From: Candidatus Omnitrophota bacterium
GTDB lineage: Bacteria > Omnitrophota > Gorgyraeia > Zapsychrales > Fredricksoniimonadaceae
Direction of reading: 5' to 3'
Length of the DNA stretch: 64,000 nucleotides
Assembly: GCA_044225175.1 (NCBI GenBank)
Contig: JBGAJA010000003.1
Location: 197,428-261,427, forward strand
Below the pieces are notes generated by a model, which was given only the letters and a program-made list of their open reading frames with translations, did no database searches and was not told where the DNA came from. The position numbers and the translations under genes were made by a program. Positions 29,174-40,000 of this stretch are shown one piece after another. Position 1 is the first letter of the stretch; each line of letters begins with the position of its first letter.

Positions 29174-30430
29174 TCAGCTATGAATTTTTTGATCAAGACT
29201 TTTGGGATCAAAGCGAAGCTGTCTTAGTTGAGGAGCAAGAATAGCTGTGGCTCCTACAACAATTAATGTCACAACTCCTCCTGTTCCAACACAAGCTACA
29301 GTTCCAATTAATCCTGCGAGCATTCCACTTTCAAAAGCGCCCAATTCATTAGAAGCACACACAAATACCCATCCAACCGAAGAAATTCGTCCCCGCATAT
29401 GGTCAGGAGATAAGAGTCTAACCATAGACCTGCGAATGACCATACTAATGCCATCAAAGATTCCTGTTAAAAATAACGCAGCAAGGGAAAGCCAGATATT
29501 GGTTGAGAAAGCAAAAATAAGTATGCTAATTCCAAATCCCCCGACGCTTAAAAGCAAATTTCTTCCTGCATGCTCGATCGGAGGTTTACGGGTTGCATAA
29601 AGCATCATTAGGAGCGCTCCTAAAGAAGGGGCAGCATTAAGCAATCCAAGCCCTCCAGCTCCAACATGCAGAATATCCGTGGCATAAATAGGAAGGAGGG
29701 CAATCATGCCTCCAAATAATACCGCAAAAAGATCCAAGCTCATGGCTGCAACTAAGGGTTGTCTAGAAAATACAAAGTTCCATCCCATAGAAATGCTTTT
29801 TAACATAGGTTCTTTGCGATCAAGGGCAGGCTGGGTTTTAGGTGGAATGAACGCCATGCAAACCCACGATAACAAAAACCAAAAAGCAATAAGGGCATAA
29901 CATCCTTTAGCTGAGAACCCCTCAAAAACAAATCCAATAATACCAGGACCAATGACCGAGCACCCTACCCAGAAACTTGAAATCCATGATGATGCATTGA
30001 CTGTCAAATTTTTTGGAACTACCTGAGCTTCAAATGCAGAATTAGCCGGATCAGAAAATCCTCGGGCAATTCCAGCTAAGAAAATAACAAAATACAGTGC
30101 TAAGACATTGGCATGGGTGTCGTTCCAGGAAAGTGCAAGAAGGGCCAGGGCGCAGATCAAAGACGCTGCACGGGTTATTAAAAGGATTTTTTGCCGATTA
30201 TAATAATCAGCCACCCATCCGCCAAAGAGAACTAATGAAAGAGCAGGAATCGCTTCAATCAAACCTAACCAACCTAAAGCAAATGGGTCACGAGTGATGT
30301 GGTAAATCTGAAATCCAATAACAACAGCTAAGGCCCGGCTTGCCAAAGTAAAGAAAGCGGTCGAACCAATGAATAGTTGGATATCTTTGATTTTAAGGGC
30401 AGAAAAACTGCTGGAATGTGTCATAGTCAT
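29174..30430 (-). CDS. MFS transporter (EntS/MefA-like)
   Basis: About 12 TM segments; GGWVADYYNRQK and PDHMRGR motifs; start 30430 or 30424. Confidence 0.9.
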   Translation of the reverse strand: MTMTHSSSFSALKIKDIQLFIGSTAFFTLASRALAVVIGFQIYHITRDPFALGWLGLIEAIPALSLVLFGGWVADYYNRQKILLITRAASLICALALLALSWNDTHANVLALYFVIFLAGIARGFSDPANSAFEAQVVPKNLTVNASSWISSFWVGCSVIGPGIIGFVFEGFSAKGCYALIAFWFLLSWVCMAFIPPKTQPALDRKEPMLKSISMGWNFVFSRQPLVAAMSLDLFAVLFGGMIALLPIYATDILHVGAGGLGLLNAAPSLGALLMMLYATRKPPIEHAGRNLLLSVGGFGISILIFAFSTNIWLSLAALFLTGIFDGISMVIRRSMVRLLSPDHMRGRISSVGWVFVCASNELGAFESGMLAGLIGTVACVGTGGVVTLIVVGATAILAPQLRQLRFDPKSLDQKIHS

Positions 30431-30527
30431 TATTGATTTTATATATTTTAAGAGGATATCAAAGGATATTCTTGATAGAATCAATGAAACTTTTTAAGAA
30501 GAGGTTTTGTCTAAAGATCAGAGGCTT

Positions 30528-31088
30528 ATGAACGATATAAGGCAGGATATTTTAGTTAAGGCATCTAAGGGGGATTTACAGGCTTTTGAAGAGGTTTATA
30601 AACTCTCCAGCAGCTTTGTATATAATGTGGCTTACCGTGTAATCGGCAATCAACAAGATGCCCAGGAGGCCACTCAGGAGATCTTCATGACGGTGTATCA
30701 TAAACTTAAAGATTTCAGATTTGAATCTTCTTTTAAAACATGGCTTTACAGAATCACAGTTAATCATTCGATTAATATGTCAAAAAAAATTTCCAAGACT
30801 AAGAATAAAACATTTGTTTTCGATGAAAATGTCAATCCTCCCTCTGTAGAGCCAGAAACTCATGAAAAAATGGATAGAGAATATAACGAGAAAATAGTAC
30901 AAGATTTCTTAAGTGAGCTCAATGAAGATCAAAGGGCGTGTATTGTTTTGCGTAATATCGAAGGATTAAGTTATGAAGAAATTTCTCAGAGTTTAAATAT
31001 CAATATTAATACAGTCCGTACGAGATTAAAAAGAGCTAGGGAGAAGTTGTTGACCTTACGCAAACAGGGGGCATATGGACAACTGTAA
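30528..31088 (+). CDS. ECF RNA polymerase sigma factor
   Basis: DAQEATQEIF, FKTWLYRITVN and GLSYEEI...TVRTRLKRAR motifs. Confidence 0.93.
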   Translation: MNDIRQDILVKASKGDLQAFEEVYKLSSSFVYNVAYRVIGNQQDAQEATQEIFMTVYHKLKDFRFESSFKTWLYRITVNHSINMSKKISKTKNKTFVFDENVNPPSVEPETHEKMDREYNEKIVQDFLSELNEDQRACIVLRNIEGLSYEEISQSLNININTVRTRLKRAREKLLTLRKQGAYGQL

Positions 31089-31560
31089 AACAATCCAAGA
31101 GTTAATTTTGACTGACTATCTTGATGGCCAGATAGATAGTTCTACTAAAATTTCCATAGAAAATCATTTCTTATCTTGCTCTTCTTGCAAAGATTTTGCT
31201 AAGGAAGCAAAAGAACATTTGGTTAAGCCTTTTCAACAAGCGCTTATCAAAGAAGTGCCTTCAAGTATATGGATTGGGATTCGCGGAGAAATTGATAATC
31301 AGCAGTATGCTAAATCTGGAGTTATTGATCGAGTCAAAGAATGGTTAAATACTCTTACTTTGCCAAAACTTGTTCCCTCTTTGGTGAGTTTTGTCATGAT
31401 CGTTTTTGTATCATCGACAGTGTATTTTAATCAACAGATAAAACAATCTAAAGATCAAGAAACAGGAGCTTATGTGGCTTATGTATTGACTTCTGAAAGC
31501 GGAATAAATCCGATGGAGAGTGCAGATTTTGATACTCCCATTGAGAAATACTTTCTTTAA
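31075..31560 (+). CDS. Anti-sigma factor with zf-HC2 domain
   Basis: C...YLDG...HFLSCSSC motif; single TM. Confidence 0.85.
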   Translation: MDNCKTIQELILTDYLDGQIDSSTKISIENHFLSCSSCKDFAKEAKEHLVKPFQQALIKEVPSSIWIGIRGEIDNQQYAKSGVIDRVKEWLNTLTLPKLVPSLVSFVMIVFVSSTVYFNQQIKQSKDQETGAYVAYVLTSESGINPMESADFDTPIEKYFL

Positions 31561-31582
31561 ATTTAAATAACAGGAGGAATCT

Positions 31583-32038
31583 ATGGATATTCTTAAACAA
31601 GCTTTATTAACAGTTTTAATGTGCGGAGTTGTTTCTTTGCAACCAGCATATGCACAGCTACCCCAAGTCGAAAACCAAGAAAGAAGGGAACATAGTTTCC
31701 ATAAAATATTTGATCAATTAAAATTGAGTGAGGAGCAAAAGAAACTCCTGGAGGTCAATAAAGAAAAACAAAGAGAACAAATGATGGCATCTTTGCCAAG
31801 AATGAAGGCGCAGAAAGAGGCCTTACATCAGGAATTAATGAAACCTCGGCTGGATATGAATAAAATCAATACTATTCAAAAACAACTGAAGAAGAATATG
31901 GTACAGATGGCAGATAACCGTTTAAATTCTATTCTTGAGGTCAGAAAGATTTTGACCCCTGAGCAATTTAGTCAATTTCTTAATCTCATGAAAGAACGTC
32001 GTAAGAATAAAGGTTTAAATAAAGATGAATCTATGTAA
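31583..32038 (+). CDS. Spy/CpxP-family periplasmic protein
   Basis: Signal peptide; LKLSEEQ and ILTPEQ (LTxxQ) motifs. Confidence 0.85.
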   Translation: MDILKQALLTVLMCGVVSLQPAYAQLPQVENQERREHSFHKIFDQLKLSEEQKKLLEVNKEKQREQMMASLPRMKAQKEALHQELMKPRLDMNKINTIQKQLKKNMVQMADNRLNSILEVRKILTPEQFSQFLNLMKERRKNKGLNKDESM

Positions 32039-33317
32039 TACATCAATTAGATTGGCAGGTCTCACCATTGTTTTTTTTGGGTTTTTCATTGGGGGAAATG
32101 TTAAGGCTGATTCTCTATCATCGAGTGTTGGAGAACAGCTGACGTGGGAAGAAGCGCTTAAGAAGGCTGCCCAATTCCATCCTGATTTGGTCTCTGCTAA
32201 AGAACAAATTCGTCAAAGTAAAGATTCTAAGCTGATCATTCAAAGTTCTTTTTTGCCACAAGTAACTGGCAATCTCGGCGTTACGCAGGCTAAATCACCA
32301 ACGACAACTACTTATTCTTATGGAGTTTCTGGTTCCCAGCTTTTATTTGATGCTGGAAAGACTATTAATGATGTACGTTCTGCCAAAGAAAATGTTAATG
32401 CCTCAACTCAGAATTTTCAGTATGTTTCTTCTTTAGTAAGACTTCGCCTGAGAAATGCTTTTATTAATCTTCTTAAAGCACAGCATTCTGTTGACCTGAC
32501 CCGTGAAATTCAGAACATTCGAAAACAAAATTTGGATTTAATTACTCTTCGTTATAATTCTGGAACAGAACATCGAGGAGCATTGCTAACAGCCTCTGCA
32601 AATTTAGCTCAATCCGAATTCGATATCCATCAGGCCTCACGTATTCTACATGTGGCTCAACGCAGTTTAACTAAAGAAATTGGAAGCAAGAAAATTGAAC
32701 CTATTAGTGTGGTGGGGGATTTTGATATTACTAATCAATATAAGGAAACTCCTAATATAGATGATTTAGTGTCTAAGCATCCACAATTTCTTAAGATCAT
32801 TGCGCAGAAAAACGCAGCAACATTTATAGTTGGAGCAGATAAAGCTGACCTTTGGCCTTTGGTATCTTTGAATGGAGGGGCAGGAAAAAGTGATCGAGAA
32901 TGGCCCCCTTCTACAACTAGCACAGATGTAGGTTTAAGCTTAAGCTGGTCTATTTTTCAAGGAGGGGCCAAGCGGGCTCAACTTGATCGGGCAAGAAGTC
33001 AGGTGTTAGATCTACAAGCCCAAGAACAAAGTCTCAAAGATGCCTTAAGCCTCACACTAGAACAAGATTGGGCTGATTTGGAAGATGCGAGAGAGCAGGT
33101 GCAGGTGCAGAAACTTTTTCTTGAGGCTGCCGAAGAACGAGCCAAAATTGCAGAAGGACAATATAAGGTTGGTCTGATTACCTTTGATAACTGGACAATT
33201 ATTCAAGATGATTTAGTCAGCAGTAAAAAGACATTCTTAAATACACAGGCAAATGCTTTGTTAGCTGAGGCCAACTGGGTCGCTGCCCAGGGAAGGACAC
33301 TTGAGTATGAAAATTAA
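32025..33317 (+). CDS. TolC family outer membrane protein
   Basis: LTWEEALKKA...HPDL; two OEP repeats. Confidence 0.88.
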   Translation: MNLCNTSIRLAGLTIVFFGFFIGGNVKADSLSSSVGEQLTWEEALKKAAQFHPDLVSAKEQIRQSKDSKLIIQSSFLPQVTGNLGVTQAKSPTTTTYSYGVSGSQLLFDAGKTINDVRSAKENVNASTQNFQYVSSLVRLRLRNAFINLLKAQHSVDLTREIQNIRKQNLDLITLRYNSGTEHRGALLTASANLAQSEFDIHQASRILHVAQRSLTKEIGSKKIEPISVVGDFDITNQYKETPNIDDLVSKHPQFLKIIAQKNAATFIVGADKADLWPLVSLNGGAGKSDREWPPSTTSTDVGLSLSWSIFQGGAKRAQLDRARSQVLDLQAQEQSLKDALSLTLEQDWADLEDAREQVQVQKLFLEAAEERAKIAEGQYKVGLITFDNWTIIQDDLVSSKKTFLNTQANALLAEANWVAAQGRTLEYEN

Positions 33318-34290
33318 AAAAGGTCATGTGATTATCGGGATTCTTATTCTTGTTGTTGCAGGAGGAATTGGGGTTTGGATGAAATCCAAAGCTTCGAAAT
33401 CTGAAGACAAAGATAAGATCATTAATCCCCATTATGGTTCCTTGCAGACAGTGATTAATACGACTGCAAGTGTCCTGCCTAAGAATCGTTTGGAGATTAA
33501 GCCGACGGTAGGCGGAAGAGTCCAGGAAATTCTTGTTAAAGAAGGAGATATGGTTAAAACTGGCCAAATTTTAGCCTGGATGAGTTCGACAGATCGTGCG
33601 GCACTTTTGGATTCTGCGAGAGGACAGGGAGAGAAAGAATTCAAATATTGGCAAGATGTTTATAAGCCTATTCCTTTGATGGCACCTATTGATGGTCAGG
33701 TTATTGTAGCTACGACCCAACCTGGTCAGACGGTGTCAATTATAGATCCTATTATTGTCCTTTCCGATCATTTGATTGTGCGTGCCCAGGTGGATGAAAC
33801 AGATATTGGGAAGATCAAATTGAATCAACAAGCCATCGTTTCGTTGGATGCTTATCCTGATCAAAAGATTGAGGCTACGGTCGAACATTTATACTATGAA
33901 TCTAAAACAGTTAATAATGTCACCACTTACGAAGTTGATTTGCTTGCAAAAGAGCTTCCTGCTTTCTTTCGCTCAGGGATGAATGCGAGTGTTGATTTCA
34001 TTACCCAAAAAAAAGACCATGTTCTTCAGATCCCTGTAACAGCCATTATTAAGAAAAAGGATCAAAGTTTTGTGCTCTTGAAGAGTCCCAAGAATTCCAA
34101 AGGTGTTATGAAAGAAATTCAGACGGGAATCAGTGATGATAAGAATATTGAAGTTACACAAGGGTTAAAAGAAGACGACGACATCATTGTTAAACAAAAG
34201 AAATATTCTTTGAATCCAGCTAAAGGAGGAAGCAATCCTTTTATGGCAGGTGGCCGAGCTGGCAGCGGTGGAGGCAATCGAGGACGCTAA
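33307..34290 (+). CDS. macA: MacA-like periplasmic adaptor
   Basis: APIDGQV, VDETDIGKIK, VNNVTTY and SGMNA motifs. Confidence 0.85.
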   Translation: MKIKKGHVIIGILILVVAGGIGVWMKSKASKSEDKDKIINPHYGSLQTVINTTASVLPKNRLEIKPTVGGRVQEILVKEGDMVKTGQILAWMSSTDRAALLDSARGQGEKEFKYWQDVYKPIPLMAPIDGQVIVATTQPGQTVSIIDPIIVLSDHLIVRAQVDETDIGKIKLNQQAIVSLDAYPDQKIEATVEHLYYESKTVNNVTTYEVDLLAKELPAFFRSGMNASVDFITQKKDHVLQIPVTAIIKKKDQSFVLLKSPKNSKGVMKEIQTGISDDKNIEVTQGLKEDDDIIVKQKKYSLNPAKGGSNPFMAGGRAGSGGGNRGR

Positions 34291-34298
34291 GACAATTT

Positions 34299-36266
34299 AT
34301 GATTGAAATCTCGAATATCAAGAAAACCTATCGTTTGGGTGCGCATGACGTTCAGGCGGTGCGGGAAGTTACTCTTACAATCAAAGCTGGTGAATTTGTA
34401 GCTATTATGGGTTCTTCTGGTTCAGGCAAATCCACACTCATGCATATTTTGGGACTGTTGGACAGACCAGATAGCGGTAGTTATAAACTCGCTGGATTTG
34501 ATGTTACCAAGCTCTCCGACGAGCAGATGGCCATTGTCCGTAATCGTTTAATTGGATTTGTTTTTCAGCAGTTTCATCTTCTTCCTCGTATGACGGCACT
34601 CGAAAATGCTGGTCTTCCTTTGGTCTATGCTTCCATTCATAGTCTTGATAAATCGAAAGAAAAATTAATTGCAGTTGGGCTGGAGGACCGCATTACCCAT
34701 AGGCCTAATGAACTCTCCGGCGGTCAGCAGCAGCGAGTTGCCATTGCCCGAGCCCTTGTCAATGAACCTATGCTTTTGATGGCTGATGAACCAACAGGAA
34801 ATTTAGACAGCAAAAGCAAAGATGAGATCATGTCCATCATCAAAAAACTCAATAATGAGGGGAAAACGATTGTCATGGTGACTCACGAGAAGGACATGGC
34901 TGCCTATGCTACACGAGTCATTGAGATGAAAGATGGGGTCATTATTTCTGATGTTGTTCAACAATCAAAGAAAGTTTTCAGTTCAGCATCTATCCCATCC
35001 CCAGACTGGAGTTTTCTTGATAAAATTATTTCGTCTTTTTCTGATATAGAGAAATGGGCAGATTCTCTTAAACAAGCCATTTATGCCATGCTTTCCCATA
35101 AAATGCGCTCTTTGTTATCAATCCTTGGGATTTTGATTGGGGTTGCTGCGGTGATTGCCATGCTAGCCTTGGGAAGTGGGGCCCAAGAATCAATCAAAGC
35201 TCAATTAGCATCACTGGGTTCGAATTTACTTATGGTGCGTCCTGGTACAATCATTTCAGGTGGAGTTGCAATGCAGGCGGGGTCAGTGACACGATTGACA
35301 TTTGCCGATGTCACAGCCGTTCGTCAGGGGTCTAGTGACATTACCAGAGTATCCGGAGCTGTTTCAGGGCGAGTTCAAATGGTTGCTGGAAGCAAGAATT
35401 GGAACACTGAGGTCAATGGTGTGGATGTGGATTATGCTCCTATGCGTGCATACACTCCTGAAAGTGGACGTTTTTTTAATGAGGAAGAAGTAAGCACGCG
35501 AAGTAAGGTAGTTCTCCTTGGGACAACTGTTGCCAGAGAGCTTTTTGGAGATCAAAATCCTATTGGGGAGGAAGTGAAAATCAATTTAATTAATTTTAGA
35601 GTCATCGGCATATTACCTTCTAAAGGCGGGAATTCGTTTCGAGACCAGGATGATGTGGTCTTAATTCCTTTGACTACTGCCATGTACAGATTATTGGGAA
35701 AACAATATATTGATACTCTTTTTATCGAAGGATCTTCTTCTGAGGTGCTTGATCCTTTGCAAGATACAGTGACCCAAATTCTCAATAAGCGCCATCGCAT
35801 CAGTCCGAAAGATGAAGACACTGCCTTTCAGGTGAGAAACATGGCGGATATTAAGGCCACATTGGAGTCTACTACCAAAACCATGTCCATGCTTTTAGGT
35901 TCCATTGCTGCAATCTCATTACTCGTGGGGGGAATCGGTATTATGAATATTATGCTGGTTTCTGTGACCGAGCGTACCAGGGAAATTGGTTTGCGCAAAG
36001 CCATCGGTGCCAGCCGTCAGGATATTATGCTTCAATTTTTGATTGAAGCCGTCATGATGTCGTTGATTGGAGGCCTTGCAGGAGTTGCACTTGGAGCTGG
36101 GATATCGCTTTTATTGACTTTCTTTGCAGGGTGGACTGTTAAGATTTCGTTACTCTCTATATTCTTGGCAACTGGTTTCTCATTAGTTATCGGACTTGCC
36201 TTTGGTTTGTGGCCCGCCTATAAAGCTTCCCTCCTAAATCCTATCGAAGCTTTAAGATATGAATAA
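34299..36266 (+). CDS. macB: MacB-type ABC transporter (ATPase-permease fusion)
   Basis: GSSGSGKST, LSGGQQQRVA and GGIGIMNIMLVSVTERTREIG motifs; ends PIEALRYE. Confidence 0.95.
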   Translation: MIEISNIKKTYRLGAHDVQAVREVTLTIKAGEFVAIMGSSGSGKSTLMHILGLLDRPDSGSYKLAGFDVTKLSDEQMAIVRNRLIGFVFQQFHLLPRMTALENAGLPLVYASIHSLDKSKEKLIAVGLEDRITHRPNELSGGQQQRVAIARALVNEPMLLMADEPTGNLDSKSKDEIMSIIKKLNNEGKTIVMVTHEKDMAAYATRVIEMKDGVIISDVVQQSKKVFSSASIPSPDWSFLDKIISSFSDIEKWADSLKQAIYAMLSHKMRSLLSILGILIGVAAVIAMLALGSGAQESIKAQLASLGSNLLMVRPGTIISGGVAMQAGSVTRLTFADVTAVRQGSSDITRVSGAVSGRVQMVAGSKNWNTEVNGVDVDYAPMRAYTPESGRFFNEEEVSTRSKVVLLGTTVARELFGDQNPIGEEVKINLINFRVIGILPSKGGNSFRDQDDVVLIPLTTAMYRLLGKQYIDTLFIEGSSSEVLDPLQDTVTQILNKRHRISPKDEDTAFQVRNMADIKATLESTTKTMSMLLGSIAAISLLVGGIGIMNIMLVSVTERTREIGLRKAIGASRQDIMLQFLIEAVMMSLIGGLAGVALGAGISLLLTFFAGWTVKISLLSIFLATGFSLVIGLAFGLWPAYKASLLNPIEALRYE

Positions 36267-36320
36267 TTCCAACTATTGCTTTAGGATGGCGTTGATATGT
36301 GAGGGGTTTGTTATGAAATA

Positions 36321-36349
36321 TTGCATTTTTTGGTATTAAGTACTATACT
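36321..36349 (+). promoter_or_regulatory. sigma70-type promoter of small gene S1
   Basis: TTGCAT-17-TATACT. Confidence 0.7.
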
Positions 36350-36405
36350 TCTCATCAATTCTTGAAAAAGGTTATTTTTATTAATCTCAATGTAGGAGTA
36401 GAGCA

Positions 36406-36699
36406 ATGGTTAAAAACAAATTTTTCTCAGCAGTACTACTTACGTTGTTTGTGGTTTCCGTAATGTCCATTTCAAAAGTTTTAGCATGTCCCCCATGTCC
36501 TGCTGGGGTTATTCAGATTGGATGCACAGAGAATGGTGAACCCATATGTGTATCTCAATATCCAGGGGATAATCTTGATCAAGATACTGACTCTGATGAT
36601 AATCCACCTCCTCGAAATCCAAAACAACCCAAAAAAGAGGAATCCTTTTGGGATGACGTTAAGTTTTGGGCTTCATATTTTGAATCTTATTTTGAATAA
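36406..36699 (+). CDS. Small secreted Cys/Pro/acidic protein S1
   Basis: AGGAG RBS; signal peptide (VLA); CPAG...NGEPICVS; acidic Pro-rich linker; aromatic C-terminal helix; paralogs S2 and S3. Confidence 0.85.
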   Translation: MVKNKFFSAVLLTLFVVSVMSISKVLACPPCPAGVIQIGCTENGEPICVSQYPGDNLDQDTDSDDNPPPRNPKQPKKEESFWDDVKFWASYFESYFE

Positions 36700-36739
36700 T
36701 GAAGGCATTAAAACTCTTTCATTGGTCATTAGTCGTTTT

Positions 36740-36772
36740 AAAACCCTCTGATTACAATTCAGAGGGTTTTTT
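36740..36772 (+). terminator. Intrinsic terminator after S1
   Basis: AAAACCCTCTGA...TCAGAGGGTTTTTT. Confidence 0.85.
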
Positions 36773-36875
36773 ATGCAATGCCCTAAAAATGCCTTTTCTG
36801 GCATTATGGGCTATACTTCTTTTAGATTTTAATAAGTGAGCTCTATCTTATTAACTCACATGTATGGAATAAGCC

Positions 36876-37041
36876 ATGACCAAAAAAAATCTTTTCAGTA
36901 GTATTACTTACGTTGTTTGTGGTTTCCGTAATGTCCATTTCTAAGTTTTAGCGTGTCCACTATGTCCTGCTGGGGTTGTTCAGATTGGATGCACAGAGGA
37001 TGGTCAAGCCATATGAGTGTCTAAATATCCAGGGGATAATT
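36876..37041 (+). pseudogene. Decayed duplicate of the 5' ~55 codons of S1
   Basis: Closely matches 36406-36571 (includes identical TACTTACGTTGTTTGTGGTTTCCGTAATGTCCATTTC) but has a frameshift and a TGT>TGA change. Confidence 0.85.
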
Positions 37042-37065
37042 TCTGTTTTTAAGGAAGTCCAATTT

Positions 37066-40000
37066 ATGTTCAAAAGATTGATCTCTATTTTACTTATTCT
37101 GACCTTTTGCAATGAAACCTTTATGGTTTCTCCTGCAATAGCTTTAGAAGGTAATATACAGCTGCCTGTTGCAGGATCTATGGTCAATTTAAGTCCTGCC
37201 TTTGAACCGGTCCTTATTAAAGGGTTAACCATTCATAAAGAAAATCCATTTCTGTTTGATTTTATCGTGGATACTGGAAATTCAGGATTATCGTTAGAGA
37301 CGCAGCATGCTGCGTCTCTACGTAAGGAATCTGAGAGATTAATCAAATACTTCTTCGCTTGTTTGACCATTCCAGAAAATGACCTATGGGTCAACCTTTC
37401 GCCATACGAGAAACAGCGTATGGTTCCAGAAGCCCTGGGACAAACCGCCCTGGGTCGAGATCTTTTAGCTCAAGACTATATCCTTAAACAGCTCACTGCA
37501 TCCTTGATCTATCCTGAGCGTGAGCTGGGAAAAGAGTTTTGGAATCGAGTCTACGCTAAAGCCCAAGCAATGTATGGGCCAAACGTTCAAATACCAGTCA
37601 ATACATTTAATAAGGTATGGATCCTGGCAGACAAGGCCAGTGTGCACGAACGAGGCCAGAGCGTGTTTGTGGTCGATGGGCATCTCAAAGTAATGTTGGA
37701 AGAAGATTATCTAGCCGTAGACAAGAGCCTACAGCCAACCAGGGGATATGTTCAGAACAAAATTAACAGGAACGTGTCCCCAAGCACATTGCCAAGCGAC
37801 GTAGTATTGAATACGAAAGCACCCCAGGGAAACCCCGTTAACGCCATCGGAAGCCAAATCATCCGAGACATCATCCTCCCTGAAATCGAAAAAGAAGTCA
37901 ACGAGGGCAAGAATTTTGCAACCTTACGTCAGATTTTTAATTCTCTGATTCTAGCAACCTGGTATAAGAACAATCTCAAAGACTCGATTCTTAATCAGCT
38001 TTATTCTGATAAGAACATCGTCAAAGGTATCAACCTTTCTGATTCTTCAATCAAAGAGAAAATTTATCAGCAATATCTTCAGGCTTATAAGAAGGGAGTA
38101 TTTAACTATATTAAGGACGATCCACAGGCCAGTGGTCAAAATATTCCCAGAAAGTATTTCTCTGGCGGTTTTGGGGCAAAGAAAGGTTTTTTAAGTAAAA
38201 TTAGTTCTGCTAAGGCCCACCATCCTACGGGTCGTGATTATGTTATGAAAGTTGGATTGGATGTGCAAGGCTCCGCAAATTTGTTCGATCAGGCACAGAT
38301 AGCAAGGGCACTCCACTCTTTAAGGGTTTTTCTTATGGGTTCTATTGTAGCGTCAGGAGCAATATCAAATCTAGCAACGGGTTACCAGCAGCCAGTTATT
38401 CAAGAAACATCAGAAAATCTCTCTGATCATCCATTAAAGACACCAAACGGTAATATTCATATTTTCCCATCTCTTCATGCAAGTAATAAAAGTAGAGAAA
38501 AGCTTGAAAAGGCTTTAAAGACTTTTGATGAATTTTATAAACAACAAAATAAAGATAGGAAGCAATTCACAGAAGCAGCAAAAGTAGCAATAGGGGCTAT
38601 AGATCAATTCTTAAATGATAATAGTTACGTCCTAGAAGATCAGAAAAAGCAAGTACCGGATTTGATAGGAAAGATTACAAACAACCACATCAAATATCTT
38701 TCACCTGAGGGTGTCCCCGTAGAAATGGATGGGGTAACAATGCAAGAGATGATTATGAAGGCGAATAATGAATATACAAAACTTGAAGAACAATTAGAAC
38801 CTCTAAAGAATTTAGGTTGGAAAGGAAGTGTCTTGAATGTTTATAGCTTATCAAGAGGGACAATTGCTTTTTTATGCAGAACTTACGGTGATTTTTTAAT
38901 TCAGCAGGAAGTAGAGATCTTTCCGGTAGACTTACTGATGTGGGGAAATATGGGAGAGAAGATGGAAGTTGAATTTATGATGTATGGTTTCACAGAGGAA
39001 GAAGCTCAGAATGAATCTTTACAATTGAAAGGAGATGCCAGAAATAGGTTTACTGCTTTTAGAGTTAATAATGGATCTCAATGGAACAGAATAACGCATA
39101 AAAACGTGAGCTTCGAGCCACCCCTAGGTAACAAGGATATTATCATTGGAAATGGACATACAGTTACGCAGTTAGAAGAAAATTCTCCTAAAGTTAAAAC
39201 TACACTTCAAGGAGAAATTAAAAGACAACAGTTAAGGCCAAATAGTGAGATTGATTCAACTATAGAGCTTGATAGGGATGTTCTTATGCTTCAATTGAAT
39301 GCAGATCCTGTATTTAAGTATCTTTACGGAGAAGTAACAAAAGAAGATTTAACGAATTGGAGCAGGAATGGCACAGTGTATCAGCCGCTAATAGAGATTA
39401 TTAAAGAAGACACCTTAGGTCCAATGACTAAACTGTCGAAACTGTCAAAAGACCCTAAAACTATCGCAGATCCGTCAAATTTGAAATTTATCTTCTTTAA
39501 CAGTCCCAAAAACAATGAATTTGGAATTAAGAAGGGAAACCTTTTTGTTTATAGGGTAGGCTCGCGCGTCTATGTTTTAGTACCTTTAGATGCTTTTCAA
39601 GAGAACGTAAATGATGCGCACAAAATGACGTTTTTACTTAAATGCGCTTTATTAGCATTAGTAGATCAAGACAAGGGATTAACGTTGTTGGAGCAAGAGA
39701 TCAAGGCTATGAGGATGTTTAGAGACATGCTTTTAAAATATGATCCAAACTCAAGCCGCCGTACGATAGAAGTATATCAAGAGTTAGCGGCAAGGTTTCA
39801 ATCATTAGATAATAATATAAAAAGTATTGAAGAGTATATTGATTGGAGCTTTACGAAGGTTGATGTTTCAAAATTGAGATATTATGAATCTAAACGTGAT
39901 GAAGAGGATCCTAAGATTATAGTTGTACAGTTGTTTGATCCACAAACAGTTAATCAAGATGGAAAAGCAACCTTCATTAATGTCAAGATAGTTGAAGGTG

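Noticed and set aside
36976-37065. ORF-track N-terminal extension of L2 (MFRLDAQRMVKP...) and the similar ORF 36518-36751
   Set aside because: Both are alternative-frame readings of S1 and its pseudogene copy; paralog alignment and the RBS place the L2 start at 37066.
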